A stretch of DNA of 64,000 nt. Source: Balanoglossus misakiensis (Eukaryota > Animalia > Hemichordata). How positions within the stretch are numbered: position 1 is the stretch's first letter; each line of letters begins with the position of its first letter. The stretch covers positions 8,235,625-8,299,624 of the forward strand of contig CM082579.2 of the NCBI GenBank assembly GCA_040954595.2, read 5' to 3'. The notes beneath the pieces were generated by a model, which was not told where the DNA came from, made no database searches, and worked only from the letters and a program-made list of their open reading frames with translations. This document shows, piece after piece, positions 58,401-64,000 of this stretch. The translations under genes and the position numbers were made by a program.

Positions 58401-61400
58401 CCAAGTATTCTGAATTTGAAATACTTTTACTTTACTGAAAGTATTAATCCCGATATGTTGCCCAACCTACAGCTGTTTTTTTTTTTTTGGGGGGGGGGGG
58501 AATCTATTGTCTCGGGAAGTTGTCTTTACATATTACAACTTACAAGTACGAGTAAAGCTACTTTGTCGAAGGAGGGGACAGGGGTGATGTTTACAAAACT
58601 GAGACTCAGTATACAGCCAGTATACGATCAAAAGTAAAAAAATTGTATAGTTAGTGGTTACCGCTCTTACTAACCATGCGTTTACTGGGACAACAAGTAA
58701 TTTGATAGTCTGAGAAAAAGAAACCCACGGTGCTTTGGATAACGAGAAATCTTCAATATTCCTGAAGTAACTACATCCAGTTTACGCTATCGTTTGCGTC
58801 AGCGTATTCTCCACGGCAAGATTAATGCAGCCGCGTAAAGTTTACATTCCAATGAACCCTTATTAGATTAACCATTCAAGAGCACAGTCGTATATCCCCT
58901 TTGCAGTGATCCAGGCGGACATGCTACATTTATTTCTTAGGCTATTGCTTTGTTGCCATTAAACATTCCATTTAATCGGTCTTCCATTCAAATTTTGTGA
59001 CTATTGTGATCGATACGGTACGAGTAATCTACTTTCCCCCCTCGCTTGACGGCGTCTTACGGGCCGAATGAAAGCAGATTATGCTTGGAGTAGGCATGGG
59101 CCGATGAGTTTTATTTTTTCAAGAATATAAAGAATATCAGATTGGAATACATTCAATAATGCGGCTTGCAATACACTAAACGTGATTACCATGGGGTCGA
59201 TAATCTTAACGTCGCCTGTGCAAAACATAATATTCAATACAAGACTTCTAAAGGCTAAGAAATATAGGAAATGATGCAGGATATGGATTTTTTTCCATTA
59301 GGAAGGAATACTTAGATAACGAAGTAGCCGTTGGTCGGATTAATTTACCTTTGCGAAGACTTCGGAGATTTGCTTTACTTCCCAATGCCCCCAAAAGTGC
59401 CAACTAAAATGCAAGAAATGTTTACCCCGTGGTATGGGCCATGTAAACAAGAAACACGTGCGCAAAGCGTGCATCATCTTTATAATGGAATAAATGAAGG
59501 ATACAATTGTTCTTTTGGATGCCGCAAGGACAGTTGAAAACCTTTTAGACCAATGGCGTCACCCCCTCTCCCATTTTTTTTTATACAAAAGTCTCATCTT
59601 ATTGTCTCCGCTGTTGTTCTTCATTTTTCTGCATCAAGCGTGTTAAAACAACATGTTGATTCAGGCAATCTATTGCCTTCGTCTTGTTCCAATCACTTGT
59701 ATACGTGTACTACACACATCTACATGTATAGTGGATTTGTTTTTCTTGTGACATTCTGACATGAGACGCGGTATCAGATGAAACACCATTCTTACCTACG
59801 TGACAGAGTTGCCGATCTTTGCTGTGGAGTATTCGTCATATTGCGATCGCGGTGTTAACATCATTGCTTGCGGCAGTGAATTTATCAAAGAACCGAGAGA
59901 TTAGCATGTTCGTTCACGTATTGAATCTACTCTAGCCGGGGTTGTTCACCCCGGGGTACAAAGCTCAGGAAATGACTCCAAAAAGGCCAGCAATTTACAG
60001 CGCTGAGTTTGTTAAAGTTTGCCCACTCGGAGTGCCGGGCGCAGATAATGGTTTGTCCGGCGATGTAGGGGAGATATTGATTTGCGTTGACGGGGATATG
60101 CGGATATTGGATTATTTCGTCCCGGCCTTCATCAGCGGTATTCCAATAAACGAGGAATGGTATTTCGCGCGTCGCCTACTTTGACATCAAAGGAAAATCA
60201 CGCATAACTATAAAATGAGATGCTTTTATGAAACATTACAAAGCGTATAGAATGGAAGACGCCATTTACTTGGTATGGTCTGGTAGATTAAATATTTCAT
60301 CAACGAAAGTGGCGATGTAAGCGACGGAATGTCTTCACATGTGTCATGTATACCACCAATGGTACGCATGAACTCAATGTCACAGCTTTCATGCGGCATC
60401 TTTTAGAGAAAATTGTCAGAAAATGACGTATAAAAATCAGGCGCGGTGGACAGGAAAGCAAAGGTCCTCTACGTTGTGCCGGGGTCATGCTTCAGTCAAG
60501 CGCAAAGAATTTACCAAATGAACCTTTGCAGATGCGGGGTATGCAGGCGTTACACAGAACTCGGTTACGTGATTCCGTGAGGTCACGAGCTAATACATCG
60601 TCGATCACGCCTTGTTTCGTTTGAAGACGCGTCAAAAATGAATACTGGGATGACAATATCATAAGTGCGGTTGGTTAGATTTTGTTTCTTTGCTTTTCGG
60701 TAATAATTGTGAATGTTAACACTTTTTGGAATAGGTATACAGCGTAGGTACCAAAGTGTGGCGTTTCATCTTCGAATTATTAAAGGCTTGCAGATAATCA
60801 CACACCTTCTGGGCATGATCTTCTGAACCTCGATCTTGCTCCAGAAGCTCATGGAGAAAAACAAGGGGAACACTACCATTAAATAAATAGCTGGGATATT
60901 TGATAGTTGAAGGAACTGTTTTTATTTGTCCGTTGTTATTCCCCCCTCGTGCATAAACTGAACGCGTTATCTTATTCAATATACTGCAGCTGATGTCTAC
61001 ACTTGATTGTAAAACACGACCCTGCCAACAAACGAATCGAAAACATGCGAAACCAGATTTCACATTTTAGTCACACACCGTTGCACTCTCAAGCAAACTA
61101 AGGAATCGCCATGACGTCTCAAAAAGACGATGAGTGATGAGCTAAAATATTAAACCGTTTTAACCCCGCATTCTTCGCTCCGTGAACATTTGTCAATGGT
61201 TCACAAAGTTAATGATAACATGCACATGGACAGCCAAAATGAAGCGGCGTTCTAGCTGATTATTATTAAAGAGAATGCCAAGCTGGATTACTTCTCCGAT
61301 GTAACCGACAGTCAATGAAAGAATTTGCCAAGCTCTCGCCAATGGAAGTTTTTAAAGGGAAGGTGCACCTTTTGGCATATATACGTTTTACTATTTTTGG

Positions 61401-64000
61401 CGATGTTTTTTACGAGTGCGGACATCGGCCTCGCGACAGATCAAAAGTGCAATGTTCCCATATGACGAAAATCAATGAACATTCCCCCGACACAGAAGGA
61501 TTATGTTTACGAGAGACTATCTAGGAAAACATCTGAGATCTATCGAGCAGAAGACATTTCACGGCCACCTTATCTCCCTGCGCTTGTATGGGCAGCAATG
61601 TGTTTTTTTAGTGAAGTCGACTGCTTTTGTGGAACACCCCTTAAAAGTTATTTCGTCCCAATCGCAACATATACAGGATGTTTACATTTTGCAATGTGGA
61701 GGGGAGTTTGCGACCGAGATAAAACTAGATGATGCTTTGGTAAATGCATCGACGTGTTTCGTTCTACGATGATGGAGAACAGGTTTTCGAAGATGATTCT
61801 TCCAGACAGTCCTGGAATTAGAAGTGCGTTGAAAAGGACATAAACCCACGGTGGGAATAGACACATCCGCACAAAATCGGCAATGCTGGCGAATTGGTAT
61901 TAACGATTCGCTCTATAATGTCTGTATTCGTCTCTTGCCATGCGCATGAACGAGCAAATAGATTTATGGGGGAATATGGGATTATGGTTGTCATTCCGAA
62001 TTATGCCAAAAACATAGATGGTAAGATTAAACGATTCGGAGGAATTGTGCTTCGCTTTCTGGAGAACAGCGTACTGAATATCAAAGATGCCGCGAAATGC
62101 CAGAGATGCTGACGGACTAGTTTCTATTTTGAGTCCGTTTGCATTTGGCCAAATGATTCCTACATGTACCGCATAATTTGATGAGGTCATATTTTAAGCA
62201 ATGTTAGTGGTCAAACATCGGTGGAAATCGCACAAACTAAAGATGGATATTGAATTAACTTATGTAAAGTTATTTTCACAGCGAAAGATTCAATTGAAAA
62301 ATCCAATAGTCACTCGCTAGCCAAAAAATCACCCGTTGGCGAGCTTTTGGTGGACCCATTATCAGAAAGGCTGGGATTAAGTATCAAAACGGAGTTGGGC
62401 GTGGTCAGGAAAACTGAGAACGAGGCTATTATCTGTAGCCTGGGATTTCACCCCAGTTTAAGTGCTGACCCCATCCAACGAGGACGCGCCACAAACTTCG
62501 CGTCCGCGCCATCAACTACTAAAGTCCGTCATAAAATATTTACTACCGGAACACCTGCGAAAGTGGAAGGTTCTAATCCAGCAGTAGCCCCAAGTATTAA
62601 TATTGTAATGGAGAAATTAATAACAGCATCATAGAATAAATTTGATACCACTGAAGGGAAACTTTGAGGCAAGAGTATAAACAAATGCATATTGAATTAC
62701 CGCTTTTCATACCTATATATTTAATCATTTTATGAAGCTATTTCTGACAGTATTAATCAGCGGAGTTAGTTCTTTTCGGGAGTCAGTAGTCTAAATTTAA
62801 TTTTTTAGAATAACGGAAATGGCAAAGCAATGATTTCTATCAGATTAGGGCATAGCACTTCCTTTCAACCAATACCTGTTTGTCAAATATTTGCATTCAT
62901 TCTGTGAAGGCATTGCGTTAATTAGAAATACGATATATCTGTTTGTCTCACTCTTAAAAGTGCTAACTCAAGGTGCGGGATATTTTCATTCAACGGGGTA
63001 ACGTTATTGCAATAGCAAATTCATATTTTGATTGGACAGCGTGACAACCCTTCGATATGAATGGTCGGTGGTATATTTCGTTTGTCTAATCATGTTCTAA
63101 TATAGAGACACGGAGTTGGCGCATTCCAAAGGCCAGAATACCACGTTTAAACAATTTTGCCTCTCTAATACATGGATGGGTTTGGTTTTCTGGATACTAT
63201 AGTATCTTATTTCAGTTTGATAATTGCACGTTTATCGTTATTAAATTAGTTGACATATTAATGGCATTCCCGGCAATGAACACTGCTACGCAAAACTTTG
63301 TGATTCTTCATGCGCGTATGTGCACTGTAAACCGGCGGGTCATATTCATCTGGATTTGAAAGAAATGTCGGAGGATCTCAGATTCCAGGCATAAGGATTT
63401 ATTGCCGAGGTTTCAGATTAATGCTAGCATGTCATTCCCGCAGTCTATAAAAAGGGAGAAATCAGCGCTGCCGTAATTGAATGTCCGCGCTGTAAAAAAT
63501 ATTAATGGTTCCACTTCATCATGATGCAACGATTTGACGTAGACAGAGTACAAGACCTACCCATAAATTGATATATTATTCTATTTTTGACAATCCTGGC
63601 AAATGCGCCTGCTGGACTAAACTTGTACATTAACCCGAATCTCACGCTGTTTTTCGGTTCTCAATTATTTATCACGGATATGTTGTGCGAAAACAGTAAT
63701 GAAAAAAACTATACTTACACGTTTCCTATAAATAAATATGCTCGTGTACGCTATCCGTATAACAGACCAAGAACTCCTAAACGAGGTCGCGCGTCACAAT
63801 TATTGCGTACTCATTTTGTTTCAGATGTAAACAAGTAAACGTTAAGATGTATTTTATTGTGTTTTAATGTAGCAAGTGCAAAATCCGCCAATCTATCTTA
63901 ATCATAATTTGGCCGACGTCAGAATATACAGTTCGTTCGAATTTTTAATTTCACGAGTTTTAGGGTTATTACATTCCAAATGTGTTTGATCTTTTCCTGG

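Overview
Eukaryotic (animal) genomic DNA. It has GT-AG introns, microsatellites, TACATG-type runs and a vertebrate-like tRNA-Ser; a marine invertebrate source is inferred, not shown. The main content is a ~42 kb minus-strand tandem cluster (3053-44803) encoding 16 copies of a bacterial-type sphingomyelinase C domain (EEP superfamily, Bacillus cereus SMase / Staphylococcus beta-toxin-like). Each copy lies in one intronless 1.1-1.3 kb exon preceded by a 36-48 nt 'C..RPQVWLG' micro-exon. Reading the splice sites by hand gives 7 genes: six of the form signal peptide-[type I domain]-[type II domain]-hydrophobic GPI-like tail, and one four-domain gene whose last domain has altered catalytic residues. 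One gene is interrupted by a young 460-bp MITE with a 9-bp TSD, and paralogues show exon-limited near-identical tracts. Also present: a convergent 5-exon DOMON-domain gene, an intronic tRNA-Ser(TGA), a 113-bp sibling MITE, a solo LTR containing a 45-bp minisatellite, and microsatellites. The region 45-64 kb has no recognisable coding sequence. All gene models are manual and lack transcript support.
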